A DNA stretch of 64,000 nt, taken from positions 352,001-416,000 of the forward strand of contig CAWHXD010000008.1 of NCBI GenBank assembly GCA_963833225.1, given 5' to 3'. Each line of letters opens with the position of its first letter. Position 1 is the stretch's first letter. This DNA is from an uncultured Chloroflexia bacterium. Lineage in GTDB: Bacteria; Chloroflexota; Limnocylindria; Limnocylindrales; CSP1-4. Under the pieces are notes generated by a model, which was not told the origin of the DNA, did not search any database, and saw only the letters and a program-made list of their open reading frames with translations. The position numbers were made by a program, and so were the translations under genes. Below, one piece after another: positions 13,508 through 25,418 of this stretch.

Positions 13508-15763
13508 CTAGTGCCGGAAGTGCCGCTTCCCAGTCACGAGCATCGCGGCGCCGGCGTCCTCGACCATCCGCAGGACCTCGGCGTCGCGCACCGAGCCGCC
13601 GGGCTGGACGATCGCGGTGACCCCGGCCTCGAGCAGCACGGCCGGCCCGTCGGCGAACGGGAAGAAGGCATCCGAGGCGGCCACCGCACCCGTGGCCCCG
13701 GCCTCGCCCTGGAACTGGCGAGCCTTGTCCACGGCGCCACGGCAGGCATCCACGCGGCTCACCTGGCCGGAGCCGAGACCCACGACCATGCCGTCGCGGA
13801 CCAGGAGGATGGCGTTGGACACCACGCCGCGGCACAGGCGCCAGGCGAGATCGAGGTCCCGGCGCTCCTGCTCGGTGGGTTGCCGGGACGTGGTGCACAC
13901 CCACTCGGCGGGGTCGTCCGGGAGGGTGTCCGGGGCCGTGACCAGGACGCTGCCTCCGGTCGTGCGGATCGAACCCAGGAAGTCCACGGCCGTGGCCGAA
14001 GGTCGCGATCCCGTGGGGTCGAGCGACGGGTCCACCACCAGCCGCAGGTTCGGCTTGGTGGCCAGGACCTCGCGGGCCCCCGCGTCGAATGCCGGGGCCA
14101 CGACGACCTCGAGGAAGATCGAGACCAGCCGCTCCGCCAGCGCCTGGTCCACGGTGCCGGTGATCGAGACGACGCCCCCGTATGCCGACACGGGATCACC
14201 GGCCAGCGCCGCATCCCACGCCTCGAGCAGGGTCGGGCGCTCGGCGGCGCCGCACGGGTTGGTGTGCTTCATGACCACGACCGCCGGACCCCGCATCAGC
14301 CGCCCGAGCGCGGCGGCAGCCGAGGCGTCGAGCACGTTGTTGTACGAGAGCGGCTTGCCCTGGAGCGGCGGCTCGCCGGTCACGAATGGCCCCTCGCCGG
14401 CGCGCGGCTCGCGGTCGGTGCGCCGGTAGCGGGCGGCGGGCTGGTGGGGGTTCTCGCCGTAGCGCAGGGTCTCGACCTTGTCCATCGAGATCGTGAGCAC
14501 CGGCGGGTAGGGATCCTCCGCCCCGGGCAGGCCGGGCTCCGCGGGCAGCTCGACGCCGGCGTCGTGCATCCGGCACGGCAGCTCCGCGGCGATCCGGGCA
14601 TCGTAGGCCGCGGTGTGCCGGAACGCCTCGACCGCGAGAGCGGACCGCAGGCCGAGCGGGATGGCGCCGTCGTGCTCGTCGAGCGCCGCGAGGATCGACT
14701 CGTAGCGTGCCGGCGAGGTCACGATCGCCACGCTCGCATGGTTCTTGGCGGCGGCGCGGACCATCGATGGTCCGCCGATGTCGATCTCCTCCACGAGCTC
14801 GTCGAACGAGATCCCGGGCCTGCGGGCGGCGTCCGCGAACGGGTACAGGTTGACCACGACCAGGTCGAACGGGGCGATGCCGGCGGCGAGGAGCGCCTGC
14901 CGGTGGTCCGCGCGCCGGCGGTCCGCCAGGAGCCCACCGTGGACCCGCGGGTGGAGCGTCTTGACCCGCCCGTCGAGCATCTCCGGGAAGCCCGTGACCG
15001 CGGCGACGTCCGTGACCGGGAGGCCGGCCTCGCGCAGGGCCCGCGCCGTGCCGCCGGTCGACACCAGCTCCCAGCCACGCGCCACCAGGCCGCGGCCGAG
15101 CTCCGCCAACCCGGACTTGTCGGATACGGACAACAGCGCCCGGCGCGGCACCGGTGTCGAGGCGTCGGCGACCGCGGGGTCAAAGGTGGCGCGCCGGGCG
15201 CCGTCGGCCACGCTCAGCGCGCCGGCAAGCAGCGAGGCCACCGCCGCCGGGAGCAGCCGGTGCTCGACGGGGTGGATGCGGGCGAGCAGCGTCTCCTCGG
15301 TGTCGTCGGGCAGGACCGGCACTGCCTCCTGGGCCACGATCGGCCCGCCGTCGAGCGTCGCGTCCACCAGGAGCACGGTCACGCCGGTCACCGCCACGCC
15401 GGCGGCGAGAGCATCGCGAGCCCCGTGGAGTCCCGGGAACGACGGCAACAGCGACGGGTGCACGTTGAGGATCCGCCCGCCGAACCGGGAGAGCACCGCC
15501 GGGCCGACCAGGCGCAGGTACCCCGCCAGGACCACGACATCCGGCTCCACCGCCGCCAGCGTGTCCGCGAGCGGCGCATCATCGCCGCCGGGAAGGAGGA
15601 TCGTGTCGATGCCCTGCTCGGCGGCCCACTCGAGCCCCGGGCATGGACGATCGGCGAACACGAGCACCACCTCGCCCCCGAGGACACCGCGCTCGGCCGC
15701 CGCGACCAGCGCGCGAAGGTTCGACCCGGTGCCAGACACCCCGACCGCGATCCGACCGCTCAC
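13508..15763 (-). CDS. purH: Fused PurN (GAR transformylase) + PurH (IMP cyclohydrolase/AICAR transformylase)
   Basis: N-terminal SGTGSNL, LAGYLR, NVHPSLLPSFPG, LDGGPI. Then RALLSVSDK, STGGTA, GRVKTLHP, IDIGG, LRYGENPHQ, KHTNPCG, ASDAFFPF, QPGGS, RHFRH in one open frame. Confidence 0.95.
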   Translation of the reverse strand: MSGRIAVGVSGTGSNLRALVAAAERGVLGGEVVLVFADRPCPGLEWAAEQGIDTILLPGGDDAPLADTLAAVEPDVVVLAGYLRLVGPAVLSRFGGRILNVHPSLLPSFPGLHGARDALAAGVAVTGVTVLLVDATLDGGPIVAQEAVPVLPDDTEETLLARIHPVEHRLLPAAVASLLAGALSVADGARRATFDPAVADASTPVPRRALLSVSDKSGLAELGRGLVARGWELVSTGGTARALREAGLPVTDVAAVTGFPEMLDGRVKTLHPRVHGGLLADRRRADHRQALLAAGIAPFDLVVVNLYPFADAARRPGISFDELVEEIDIGGPSMVRAAAKNHASVAIVTSPARYESILAALDEHDGAIPLGLRSALAVEAFRHTAAYDARIAAELPCRMHDAGVELPAEPGLPGAEDPYPPVLTISMDKVETLRYGENPHQPAARYRRTDREPRAGEGPFVTGEPPLQGKPLSYNNVLDASAAAALGRLMRGPAVVVMKHTNPCGAAERPTLLEAWDAALAGDPVSAYGGVVSITGTVDQALAERLVSIFLEVVVAPAFDAGAREVLATKPNLRLVVDPSLDPTGSRPSATAVDFLGSIRTTGGSVLVTAPDTLPDDPAEWVCTTSRQPTEQERRDLDLAWRLCRGVVSNAILLVRDGMVVGLGSGQVSRVDACRGAVDKARQFQGEAGATGAVAASDAFFPFADGPAVLLEAGVTAIVQPGGSVRDAEVLRMVEDAGAAMLVTGKRHFRH

Positions 15764-16890
15764 TGCGCGAGTCCCTCCTCCACGTACCGCCCGCCGATCG
15801 CTGCGGCCTCGACGACCTCACCCACGACCCATGCCGGCACCCCACGGGCCAGTGCCAGCTCCACGGTCCGCGCCGCGGCCTCCGCGGGGACCACCAGCAC
15901 CATGCCCAGACCCCCGTTGAATGTCGCGCGCAGCTCCGCCTCGCCGATGGACCCGAGACCCCCGAGCACGCGCATGACCGACGGCAGCGGCCACGTCGAC
16001 GGATCGACCCGCGCCCCCAAACCCTCGGGCAGCGCCCGCGGCACGTTGCCCGGCAGCCCGCCGCCCGTGATGTGGGCCATCCCGCGCAGCTCGTGCCCGG
16101 CCCCCTCGAGGTCCGCCCGGATCGTGAGCAGGTCCCGCGCGTAGATGCGCGTCGGCGTCAGCAGCACGTCACCCAGGGTGGCGTCCACGAGCCCGGGCTC
16201 GGCGATGAGCTCGAACCCCGACAGCGAGCAGCCAAGGACGCGACAGGCGAGCCCGCCGTACGGCACGTCGAGGTCCAGCCGGTGGTCCCGGACGAGCGCC
16301 CTGACCAGCGAGTAGCCGTTCGCGTGGAGCCCGCTCGACGCCAGCCCCACGATCGCGTCGCCGGCGCGGGCCGCGGTCCCGTCGAGCAGGCGCGAGCGCT
16401 CCCCCACCCCGATGCAGAAGCCCGCGAGGTCGAACGCGTCGGGCTCCATGAGCCCGGGGTGCTCCGCGGTCTCGCCGCCGGTGAGCGCGGCGCCGGCCTG
16501 CCGGCAGCCATCGGCGATGCCGCTCACGAGGGCCGCCACCCGCTCGGGGACCAGCCGCCCGATCGCGATGTAGTCGAGGAACGCCAGCGGCTCCGCCCCG
16601 CTGCAGGCGACATCGTCCGCACACATGGCCACGAGGTCGATCCCGATCGTGTCCAGCCGGCCCAGCGCCTGTGCGATCGCGGTCTTGGTGCCCACGCCGT
16701 CCGTGGACGAGACGATCACGGGTTCCCGGTACCCGGCCGGGATCGCCACCGCGGACCCGAACCCGCCGAGCCCGCCGAGCACCTCCGGCCGTCGGGTGCC
16801 GGCCACGGACGCGCGCATCAGCTCCACCGCGCGCTCGCCCGCGCCCACGTCGACGCCGGACCGGGCGTAGGCCTGCCGGGTGTCGTTCAT
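15760..16890 (-). CDS. purM: AIR synthetase
   Basis: Y..SGVD, TDGVGTK, GIDLVAM, GGETAEHPG, SSGLHANGYSL, HITGGG, TFNGG. Confidence 0.96.
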   Translation of the reverse strand: MNDTRQAYARSGVDVGAGERAVELMRASVAGTRRPEVLGGLGGFGSAVAIPAGYREPVIVSSTDGVGTKTAIAQALGRLDTIGIDLVAMCADDVACSGAEPLAFLDYIAIGRLVPERVAALVSGIADGCRQAGAALTGGETAEHPGLMEPDAFDLAGFCIGVGERSRLLDGTAARAGDAIVGLASSGLHANGYSLVRALVRDHRLDLDVPYGGLACRVLGCSLSGFELIAEPGLVDATLGDVLLTPTRIYARDLLTIRADLEGAGHELRGMAHITGGGLPGNVPRALPEGLGARVDPSTWPLPSVMRVLGGLGSIGEAELRATFNGGLGMVLVVPAEAAARTVELALARGVPAWVVGEVVEAAAIGGRYVEEGLAQ

Positions 16891-18329
16891 GACGCGGGCG
16901 CCACCATCTCGAGCATGAGCTTCCGCTCCGACGCGTCGTAGGGCACCGGCTCCGGGTAGTTGCCGTCGAAGCACGCGAAGCAGAACCGGTCGTATGGGAG
17001 GTCAAGCGCCGCGAGCACGCCCGGCACCGAGAGGTAGCCCAGCGAGTCCGCGCCGATGAACTCCCGGATCTCCTCCACCGACAGCCGGGCGGCGATCAGC
17101 TCGGTCTCGATCGCCGTGTCGATCCCGTAGAAGCAGGGGTGGTAGATCGGCGGGGCGCTGATCCGGACGTGGACCTCGGCCGCCCCGGCACGGCGCAGCA
17201 GCCCCACGATCTGCTTGGTCGTGGTGCCACGCACGATCGAATCGTCCACCACGATCAGCTTCTGGTCGCGGACGACCTCCCGCAGCGGGCTGAGCTTGAC
17301 GTTGACGCCACGCTGGCGCATCGCCTGCGACGGCTGGATGAAGGTCCGCCCCGAGTAGCGGTTGCGGACCAGGCCTTCCCGGTACGGGATCCCGGAGGCC
17401 TCCGCGAACCCGGCCGCCGCGGGGGCGCCGGTGTCGGGGACGGGCATCACGAGGTCGGCTGCGACCGGATGCTCGGCGGCCAGCCGCATGCCCATGTGGC
17501 GGCGCGCCTCGTACAGGTTCACGCCCTCCATGTACGAGTCGGGGCGGGCAAAGTAGATGAGCTCGAACACGCACAGCGCGGGGGTTGCCGCCGCGTACCG
17601 GACGCTCACCGGGTCGCGGCCCGGCTCCAGGACCACGATCTCGCCGGGCTCCACGTCGCGCACGAACTCGGCGCCGATGATGTCGAGCGCGGTGGTCTCC
17701 GAGGCGAGGATCCAGCCGCCGGTGTCGTCGCCCCACAGCCCGGGCTCGGCGTCGCCGGGCAGCGACAGGCGGCCGAGGACCAGCGGCCGGAACCCATGGG
17801 GATCCCGGACGCCGATGACGCGCTTCGCGTCCAGGATGACGAGGCTGAACGCGCCGCGGACCCGGGGCAGCACGCGGCGCAGCGCATCGACGGTGTCATC
17901 GGCCGGCTCGTCCGCGAGGAGCGCCGTCAGCAGCTCCGTGTCCGTGCTGGCGGGCAGCCGGCCGCGCCCGCCCTGGAGCTGGTCCAGGAGCTCGCGGGTG
18001 TTGACGAGATTGCCGTTGTGCCCGATGGCGAGCGCCCGGCGGGGTCCCAGCCGGAGCGTGGGCTGGGCGTTCTCCCAGACCGTGGAGCCGGTCGTGGAGT
18101 ACCGGCAGTGGGCAACCGCGAGGTCGCCGGCCAGCGACGGGATCCGGCGCTCGTCAAGAACCTGGCCCACCATCCCCAGGTCCTTGTAGATCATCAGGTG
18201 GGTGCCGTCGGAGACGCCGACGCCCGCGGACTCCTGCCCGCGGTGCTGGAGCGCGAACAGCGCGGTCGCCGCGACGGCCGCGGCCTCGTGGCCCCGGTTG
18301 GGCAGGACGACGCCGACGACGCCGCACAT
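16887..18329 (-). CDS. purF: Amidophosphoribosyltransferase
   Basis: MCG N-terminal Cys, LQHRGQESAG, HNGNL, CVFELIYFARPDS, VDDSIVRGTT, CFYGID, CFAC. Confidence 0.98.
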   Translation of the reverse strand: MCGVVGVVLPNRGHEAAAVAATALFALQHRGQESAGVGVSDGTHLMIYKDLGMVGQVLDERRIPSLAGDLAVAHCRYSTTGSTVWENAQPTLRLGPRRALAIGHNGNLVNTRELLDQLQGGRGRLPASTDTELLTALLADEPADDTVDALRRVLPRVRGAFSLVILDAKRVIGVRDPHGFRPLVLGRLSLPGDAEPGLWGDDTGGWILASETTALDIIGAEFVRDVEPGEIVVLEPGRDPVSVRYAAATPALCVFELIYFARPDSYMEGVNLYEARRHMGMRLAAEHPVAADLVMPVPDTGAPAAAGFAEASGIPYREGLVRNRYSGRTFIQPSQAMRQRGVNVKLSPLREVVRDQKLIVVDDSIVRGTTTKQIVGLLRRAGAAEVHVRISAPPIYHPCFYGIDTAIETELIAARLSVEEIREFIGADSLGYLSVPGVLAALDLPYDRFCFACFDGNYPEPVPYDASERKLMLEMVAPAS

Positions 18330-20721
18330 CAGCCGGCAACCTCCGCACCCGGCAGCGCGACGTCGGCAAGGTGGCTGGTCTCGCCATCACCCGCCCACCC
18401 GAGCGCCCGCGACAGGCCGTGCTCCCAGGCGTGGCGCAGGTCGGCGACCGGCACGTCGATGGCGTCCGCGATCCGGCTCCCCCGTTCCTCGGCCGCCCCG
18501 GTGGCCCCCTCGCCGGCGAGGTCGATCTGGAAGCGGTCGCCGCCCGTCGTGCCCAGCGAGGCGACCGGGAGGCGGTAGCTGACCGCCAGCTGCTCAAAGA
18601 TGCCGGCATGCGCGGGCAGCACCTCGCACAGGATCCGCGACGGGCTCTCCCCGAACAAGGCCACCGCGGGCGAGTCCCCCACCGGCAGCCGCAGCCGCGC
18701 CCCGCGTCCGCCCCAGATGCACATCTCGGCCAGGGCCACGGCCAGCCCGCCGCCCGACACGTCCTGGCAGCTGGCCACGAGCCCGCGATCGATCGCCTCT
18801 CGGATGAACGCCTGGAGGGCCCGCTCGCGCTCGAGGTCGAGGGCCGGCGGGCGGTCCTCGAGCGAGGCGCCGGCGAGACGCTCGTACTCGGATCCGCCCA
18901 GGCCGGGAACTGGCTCGCCGACGAGCAGCAGCGCGGCACCGTCGGCGGTGAGGGCCGGCCCGGTCCGCTTGGCCACGTCGCTGAGCAGGCCCACGATCCC
19001 GATCTCGGGCGTCGGTGCGATCGACGATCCGGGAGCCTCGTTGTAGAGGGAGACGTTGCCGCCCGTGACCGGCAGGCCCAGGGCCCGGCAGGCATCGCCG
19101 AGGCCGCGGACGCCCTCCGCGAGCTGCCAGAAGGCTTCCGGGCGGGTCGGGTCGCCGTAGTTGAGGCAGTTGGTGACGCCCAGTGGCCGCGCGCCCGTGA
19201 TGGACACGTTGCGGGCCGCCTCGGCGACCGACATGGCCGCCCCCAGCCAGGGGTCGAACTGGCCCACCGGGGCGTTGCCGTCGGTGGTCGCCACCAGCGC
19301 CTTCCTGGTGCCCTTGATCCGCAGCACGGCCGCGCCGCGCCCGGGAGCGGCCACCGTGTTCGACTGCACGTTGGAGTCGTACTGCTCGTAGACCGGCCGG
19401 CGGGAGCCCAGGTTCGCGGAGCCCAGCAGGGCCGTCAGCACGGCGGCCGGGTCCTGGCCACGGAGCCGCAGGCTGTCCACGGGCTCCGCGGGCGCGCCGG
19501 GAGCGGGCGCCGAGCGGCGACGGGCGGGTGGGCGCGACTCGCGGTCGAACACGATGGCCTCGCTGGCCAGGGCACGGGCCGGCATGCGGGCAAGCTCGAT
19601 CGCGCCGGCCACGGGCCGTCCGTCGGCGTCGAGGGCCCCCGAGCCGTCGGGCGCCGTGAGGACGACGATGTCCGGCTGCTCGGTCACCCGCCCGATGATC
19701 GCGACCGGGAGATCCCACCGTTCGCAGACGGCCCGCACGGCCTCCCAGCGGGCCGGCTCGACGATGGCGACCATCCGCTCCTGGGACTCGCTGATCATGA
19801 CCTCGAACGGCTCCAGCCCGGGCTCGCGGCGCGGGATCGCGTCCAGGTCCACCAGGATCCCGGTCCCGCCGCGGTCCGCGGTCTCGCCGGTGGCGCAGGT
19901 GATGCCCGCCGCGCCGAGGTCCTGGATGCTGACCACGAGCGCCTTCGCGATCAGCTCCAGGCGTGGCCTCGATCAGGAGCTTCTCCGCGAACGGGTCGCC
20001 GACCTGGACGCTCGGGGCGCTTGGACGGGTCGCTGTCGCCGAACGTCGCGCTCGCGAGCACCGATGCCCCGCCGATGCCGTCCCGGCCGGTGGCGCTCCC
20101 GTAGAGGACCACGAGGTTGCCCGGGCCGTCGGCGCGAGGCGTGGGTGAGCATCCCGTCCTCGAGCAGCCCGATGGCCATCACGTTGACCAGCGGGTTGCC
20201 CTGGTACGAGGGGTCGAACACGAGCTCGCCGCCGACGGTCGGCACGCCGACGCAGTTGCCGTAGCCGCCCACCCCGCGCACCACGCCGTCGACCAGGTGC
20301 CGTGTCCGCGGGTCGGACGGGTCACCGAAGCGGAGCGCGTCGAGGACCGCGATCGGGCGCGCGCCCATGGCGAAGATGTCGCGCAGGATGCCGCCGACGC
20401 CGGTCGCCGCGCCCTGGTACGGCTCCACGGCCGAGGGGTGGTTGTGGCTCTCGATCTTGAACGCGACCGCGAGCCCGTCGCCGATCGCGATGACGCCGGC
20501 CTGCTCGCCGATGCCCGCGACGACGTCCTCGCCCTTGGTGGGCAGGGTCCGGAGCAGCGGTCGGGAGCTCTTGTACGAGCAGTGCTCGCTCCACATCACG
20601 CGAGAACATCGCGAGCTCGAGGTCGTTGGGCTCGCGGCCGTCGAGCTTCTCGCGGATCGCCTCGAGCTCCACGTCGGTGAGCCCGAGCGACCCGGTGCAG
20701 CGGGGCGGCGCCGGCGGTCAT
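18329..20721 (-). CDS. purL: FGAM synthase subunit PurL (frameshifted, probably sequencing errors)
   Basis: [65 protein letters not shown] over several frames. Confidence 0.93.
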
Positions 20722-21487
20722 GCCGCGCCTCCGACGGTCGCGGGCACCGGTCGCGTGCCGGTGATCCGGCCCGTGCTCGCCCACTCCTCGGCGCTGACCA
20801 CCAGCGAGCGGATGATCCCCAGGCCGTCGTCGGAGCCGAGGATCGCCTCGACCGCGCGTCTCGGGATGGGGCATCAACCCGGCGACGTTGCCGGCCGCGT
20901 TCCGAACCCCGGCGATGCCGCGCAGCGAGCCGTTCGGGTTGCCGGCGTCGTCGGGGCCGGCCACCGAGCCGTCGGGGTTGGCATACCGCCACAGCACCCC
21001 GCCGTCGGCCTCGAGGGCATCGAGCGTCGGCTCGTCGGCGTAGTAGCAGCCCTCGCCGTGGGCGACCGGCATCCGCAGCGGGCGGCGCTCCCCGATCTCG
21101 CGGGTGAACGGCGAGTCGAGATGCTCGGGCATGAGCGTCACCTGGCGGCACACGAACCGCAGGCCGCGGTTGCGCATCAGCGACGCCGGGCACCAGGTGC
21201 GCCTCCGCGAGGACCTGGAAGCCGTTGCAGATCCCGAGGACGGGCCCGCCGCGCGCGGCGAACTCGGCCACGGCCCGCATCACGGGCGAGAAGCGAGCGA
21301 TGACGCCGGCGCGCAGGTAGTCCCCGTAGGCGAAGCCGCCCGGGATCAGGATGCCGGCGACGCCCGCCAGGTCGACGGATTCGTGCCACAGGATCCGCGG
21401 CTCGGCGCCCGCCACCGTCAGGGCGTTGACCGCGTCGATGTCGCGGTTCGAGCCCGGGAACAGGACGATGCCGACGCGAGCCGTCAC
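20718..21487 (-). CDS. purQ: FGAM synthase glutaminase subunit PurQ (two frameshifts)
   Basis: [41 protein letters not shown]. Confidence 0.93.
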
Positions 21488-21782
21488 CCGCCGGACCCCG
21501 CCATCGCGGGCGCGGCACCCTCGCCCAGGGTCTCACGCCGTACTGCTCCATCAGCGGGTTGGACAGGAGCTCGCCGGCGAGACGGTCCACGATCGCGCGC
21601 GCGGCGGCCTCGTCGGCAGCGGTCACGGACAGCTCGACGCGGCGGCCCACGCGGACGCCGGACACGCCGGCGATCCCGAGGTGCGGGAGGCTGCGCTCCA
21701 CGGCCTTGCCCTGGGGATCCAGGATCCCCGGCTTGGGGGTGACGTTGACCGCGAAACGCCAGGTGCGGTTGTGCTCGCTCAT
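21484..21782 (-). CDS. purS: FGAM synthase subunit PurS (frameshift near the 3' end)
   Basis: [27 protein letters not shown]. Confidence 0.93.
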
Positions 21783-22696
21783 CGGGCGATGACATCCTCC
21801 GACAGGTAGCGGGCGAAGCTCGCCCCGGTGATCCGCTCAAAGGCCTCGACGTAGCGAGCGCGGGTGCCCGCGACCACGTCGTCCGGGAGGTCCGGCCCCG
21901 GCGCCGTCTTGCCCCACGGCTGCTGCTCCAGCCAGTCGCGGACGAACTGCTTGTCGTGGCTCGCCTGGGCGCGCCCCGGCTCCCAGGCCGCCGACTCCCA
22001 GAAGCGGGACGAATCCGGGGTGAGGATCTCGTCGACCAGGATCACCTCGCCCGAGGGCAGGACGCCGAACTCGAACTTGGTGTCGGCGAGGGTGATCCCG
22101 GCCCGCTCGCAGACGGCCGCCCCGTGCGCGTACAGCGCGAGGCTGGCGTCACGGACGCGTGCGGCCCGGTCGGGACCCACGAGCGCCACCACGTCCGCGA
22201 AGGAGATGTTCTCGTCGTGCTGGCCCGACGGCGCCTTGAACGCCGGGGTGAACACCGGCTCCGGGAGCCGGTCCGACTCGCGCAGCCCCGATGGCATGGC
22301 GATCCCGCACACGGAGCCGGTTGCCCGGTAGTCCTTCCAGCCGGAGCCGCTCAGGTATCCGCGCACCACGCACTCGACCGGGAGCACCTCGGCCAGCCGG
22401 CCCAGCATCATCCGTCCGCGGAGCTCGTCGAGGAGCGCGGGCTCGCCCCGGGTCACCTCCATGGGCACATCGGCCGGGTCTGTTGAGAGGAGGTGGTTGG
22501 GAACGATCGAGGCCGTCTCGGCGAACCAGAAGCGCGACAGGCCGGTGAGCACGCGGCCCTTGTCCGGGATGGCGGTGGGCAGCACCACGTCGAACGCCGA
22601 CAGCCGGTCCGAGGCGACCAGCAGCAGCCGGTCCTCCCCCACCCGGTACAGGTCGCGGACCTTGCCGGACCGGACGAACGCGTCAGACGACAGCAT
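21779..22696 (-). CDS. purC: SAICAR synthetase
   Basis: GKVRDLY, SDRLSAFD, ECVVRGYLSGSG, ADTKFEFG, DEILTPDSSRFW, DKQFVRDW. Confidence 0.97.
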   Translation of the reverse strand: MLSSDAFVRSGKVRDLYRVGEDRLLLVASDRLSAFDVVLPTAIPDKGRVLTGLSRFWFAETASIVPNHLLSTDPADVPMEVTRGEPALLDELRGRMMLGRLAEVLPVECVVRGYLSGSGWKDYRATGSVCGIAMPSGLRESDRLPEPVFTPAFKAPSGQHDENISFADVVALVGPDRAARVRDASLALYAHGAAVCERAGITLADTKFEFGVLPSGEVILVDEILTPDSSRFWESAAWEPGRAQASHDKQFVRDWLEQQPWGKTAPGPDLPDDVVAGTRARYVEAFERITGASFARYLSEDVIAR

Positions 22697-24051
22697 CGGA
22701 TCCCTCCCCTGGCGGCCTCGTGGCCACCGGCGTGCGCCTCTCGATCGCGGCCTCGAGCCCGTCGAGCCGGGCGATGATCTCGGGGACGTGGCGCAGGACC
22801 GCCTCGTCGTCGAAGCAGGCGTCGAGATCGGCGAGGGGCAGCTTTGCCGCGACCGTGGGATCGGTGGCCAGCAGGCCCTTGAGCGGCACCCGTTCGTCCG
22901 CGGCCCGGAGGGCGTTGCGCTGGACGATCGCGTACGCGTCCTCTCGCGACAGGCCGGCCGTCTCGACCAGCGCGAGCAGCACCCGGGACGAGGCGTGGAG
23001 GCCATGACCGCGCTCGATGTTCTCGCGCATCCGCTCCGGCCGGACCACCAGCCCCCCGACCAGGCCGACCGACTTCGCGAGCATGTAGTCGAGCAGGATC
23101 GTCGCGTCGGGCAGGATGACCCGCTCCGCGGAGCTGTGGCTGATGTCGCGCTCGTGCCACAGCGGCTGGTTCTCGAACGCGGTCCCCGCGTAGCCGCGGA
23201 GCAGACGGGCAAGACCCGCGATCCGCTCCGACAGGATCGGGTTGCGCTTGTGGGGCATCGCGGACGAGCCCTTCTGGCCGCGCTTGAACGGCTCCATGAC
23301 CTCCGCGATCTCGGTGTGCTGGAGGTTGCGGACCTCGGTCGCGAGGCGCTCCAGGCTGCCGCCGAGGATCGCGATGGCGGCCAGGAAGGCGGCGTGCCGA
23401 TCGCGCTGGACGATCTGGGTGCTGACGGGATCGGCGCGCAGCCCGAGATCCGCGAGGACCTCGGCCTCGAGATCCGGACCCAGGTGGCTGTACGTCCCCA
23501 CCGGGCCGCTGATCTTGCCGGTGGCGATCTCCGACGTCGCGGCTGCCAGCCGTTCCCGGCCGCGAGCCACCTCGAACGCCCAGCCGGCGCACTTGAGGCC
23601 GAACGTCGTGGGCTCCGCGTGGACGCTGTGGGTGCGACCCATCATCACCGTCCGCGCCTCTGCCCGGGCACGGGCGATGAGCGCGGCCGTCAGCCGGTCC
23701 GCGCCGGCGAGCAGCCGCTCGCCGGCGGCGCGGAGCTGGAGGGCGAGGGCGGTGTCGACCACGTCGCTGCTGGTGAGCCCGAGGTGGAGGAACCGTCCCT
23801 CGGGGCCGACGGTCTCCGCGACCTGGCTCACGAAGGCGATCACGTCGTGATCCGTGGTTCGCTCGATCTCGGCGATGCGTTCCACGTCCACGCGCGCGCG
23901 CGCCTCGATCCCCTCGAGCGCGGTCGCCGGGACGAGGCCGCGGCTGACCTGGGCCCGGCAGACGGCGATCTCGACCTCGAGCATGCCGCTCGAACCGGGC
24001 CTCGTCGGACCACAGGGCGCCCATCTCGGGAAGGGTGTAGCGCCGGATCAT
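22683..24051 (-). CDS. purB: Adenylosuccinate lyase (one frameshift near the 5' end)
   Basis: [10 protein letters not shown], then HDVIAF, GLTSSD, GRTHSVHAEPTTFG, GSSAMPHKRNP, WHERDISHSS. Confidence 0.95.
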
Positions 24052-25401
24052 CGTGCGGCTCCCGCGGCGGCGACGGCGGCCCCGGCCGGCAGGTCGCGGG
24101 CGATGTCACGACGGCGCTGCATGCCGTCCCAGCGCACGGCGTCGGCGGCGCGCTCGGCCGCTGCCCGTGCCGCCGGCAGATCGACGCCCAGGGCCGTCAG
24201 CGCGAGCACGCGGCCGCCGTTGGTCCCAAAGCCGCCCTCGGGACGTTGCCGCGCAGCCGTGCCCGCGTGGAACACGAGCGCCCCGGCGGCCACGGCGTCC
24301 TCGATGCCCTCGATCGGATCGCCACGGCGCGGGTCGCCCGGATAGCCGTGCGCGGCGAGGACGACCGTCACGGCGGCCTCCGGGCGGACCGGGAGCCGCG
24401 ATCGGCGCGTCGGCGGGCAGGGCGCCCGCCGCCGCGGCTGCCAGGAGCGGCGCGAGATCGGCGTCGAGGCGCGGCAGGATCGCCTGGGCCTCGGGATCGC
24501 CGAGCCGGACGTTGGTCTCGAGGAGCACGGGGCCGGTCGGGGTCAGCATCAGGCCCGCGTACAGGAAGCCCCGGAACGGCGTGCCCCGACGCGCCAGCTC
24601 GGCGAGGATCGGCAGGTGGACGGTCCGGAGCAACCCGTCCACCGCGCCGTCGTCGAGATCGGGCAGCGGCGAGTAGGCGCCCATCCCGCCCGTGTTGGGA
24701 CCGGCGTCCCCGTCGCACAGGCGCTTGTGGTCGCGCGCCGCCGGGAGCGCGATCGCGCGGGTGCCGTCGCAGATCGCGATCACGCTGGCCTCGCGCCCCT
24801 CGAGCCGCTCCTCGATCACGAGCGCCGGCGCGCCTGGCTCCCGGCCCACGAGGAACGACGGCATCGAGCTCCAGCGCCTGTGCGGTCGAGTCGGTGACGA
24901 TGACGCCCTTGCCCGCCGCGAGGCCGTCCGCCTTGAGCACGGCCAGCGCTCCGTCCGCGGCGAGCTCCGCGATGAACGCGGCCGCCTCAGCCTGCTGCCC
25001 GCCACCGAGCGCCCGCGACCGGGCCATCCGCACGCCCGCGGCCTCCGCCACGTCGTGGCAGAACGCCTTGCGACGTCTCCATCCGGGCGGCGGCTCGCAC
25101 CGGGCCGAAGACCGGCGATCCCGGCCGCGACGAGCGCGTCCGCCACGCCGACGCCCAGCGGCGCCTCGGGCCCCACGACCACGAGGTCCACGGCCTCGGT
25201 CCGTGCGAGGGCCACGACCGCGGGCGGGTCGAGCGGGTCGACGGGCACGCACCGGACGCCCGGCTGCCGGCCGATCCCCGCGCTGCCGGGTGCCGCCACG
25301 ACCTCCCGGACGCCCGCCTCGCGCGCGAGCTTCCACGCGAGGGCGTGCTCGCGGCCGCCGCCACCGAGGACGAGGATGCGGGCCGGGACGGGGAGGGTCA
25401 C
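24048..25401 (-). CDS. purD: Phosphoribosylamine--glycine ligase (frameshifted)
   Basis: [66 protein letters not shown] over several frames. Confidence 0.93.
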
Positions 25402-25418
25402 GCTGCGTCCTTCGATCG

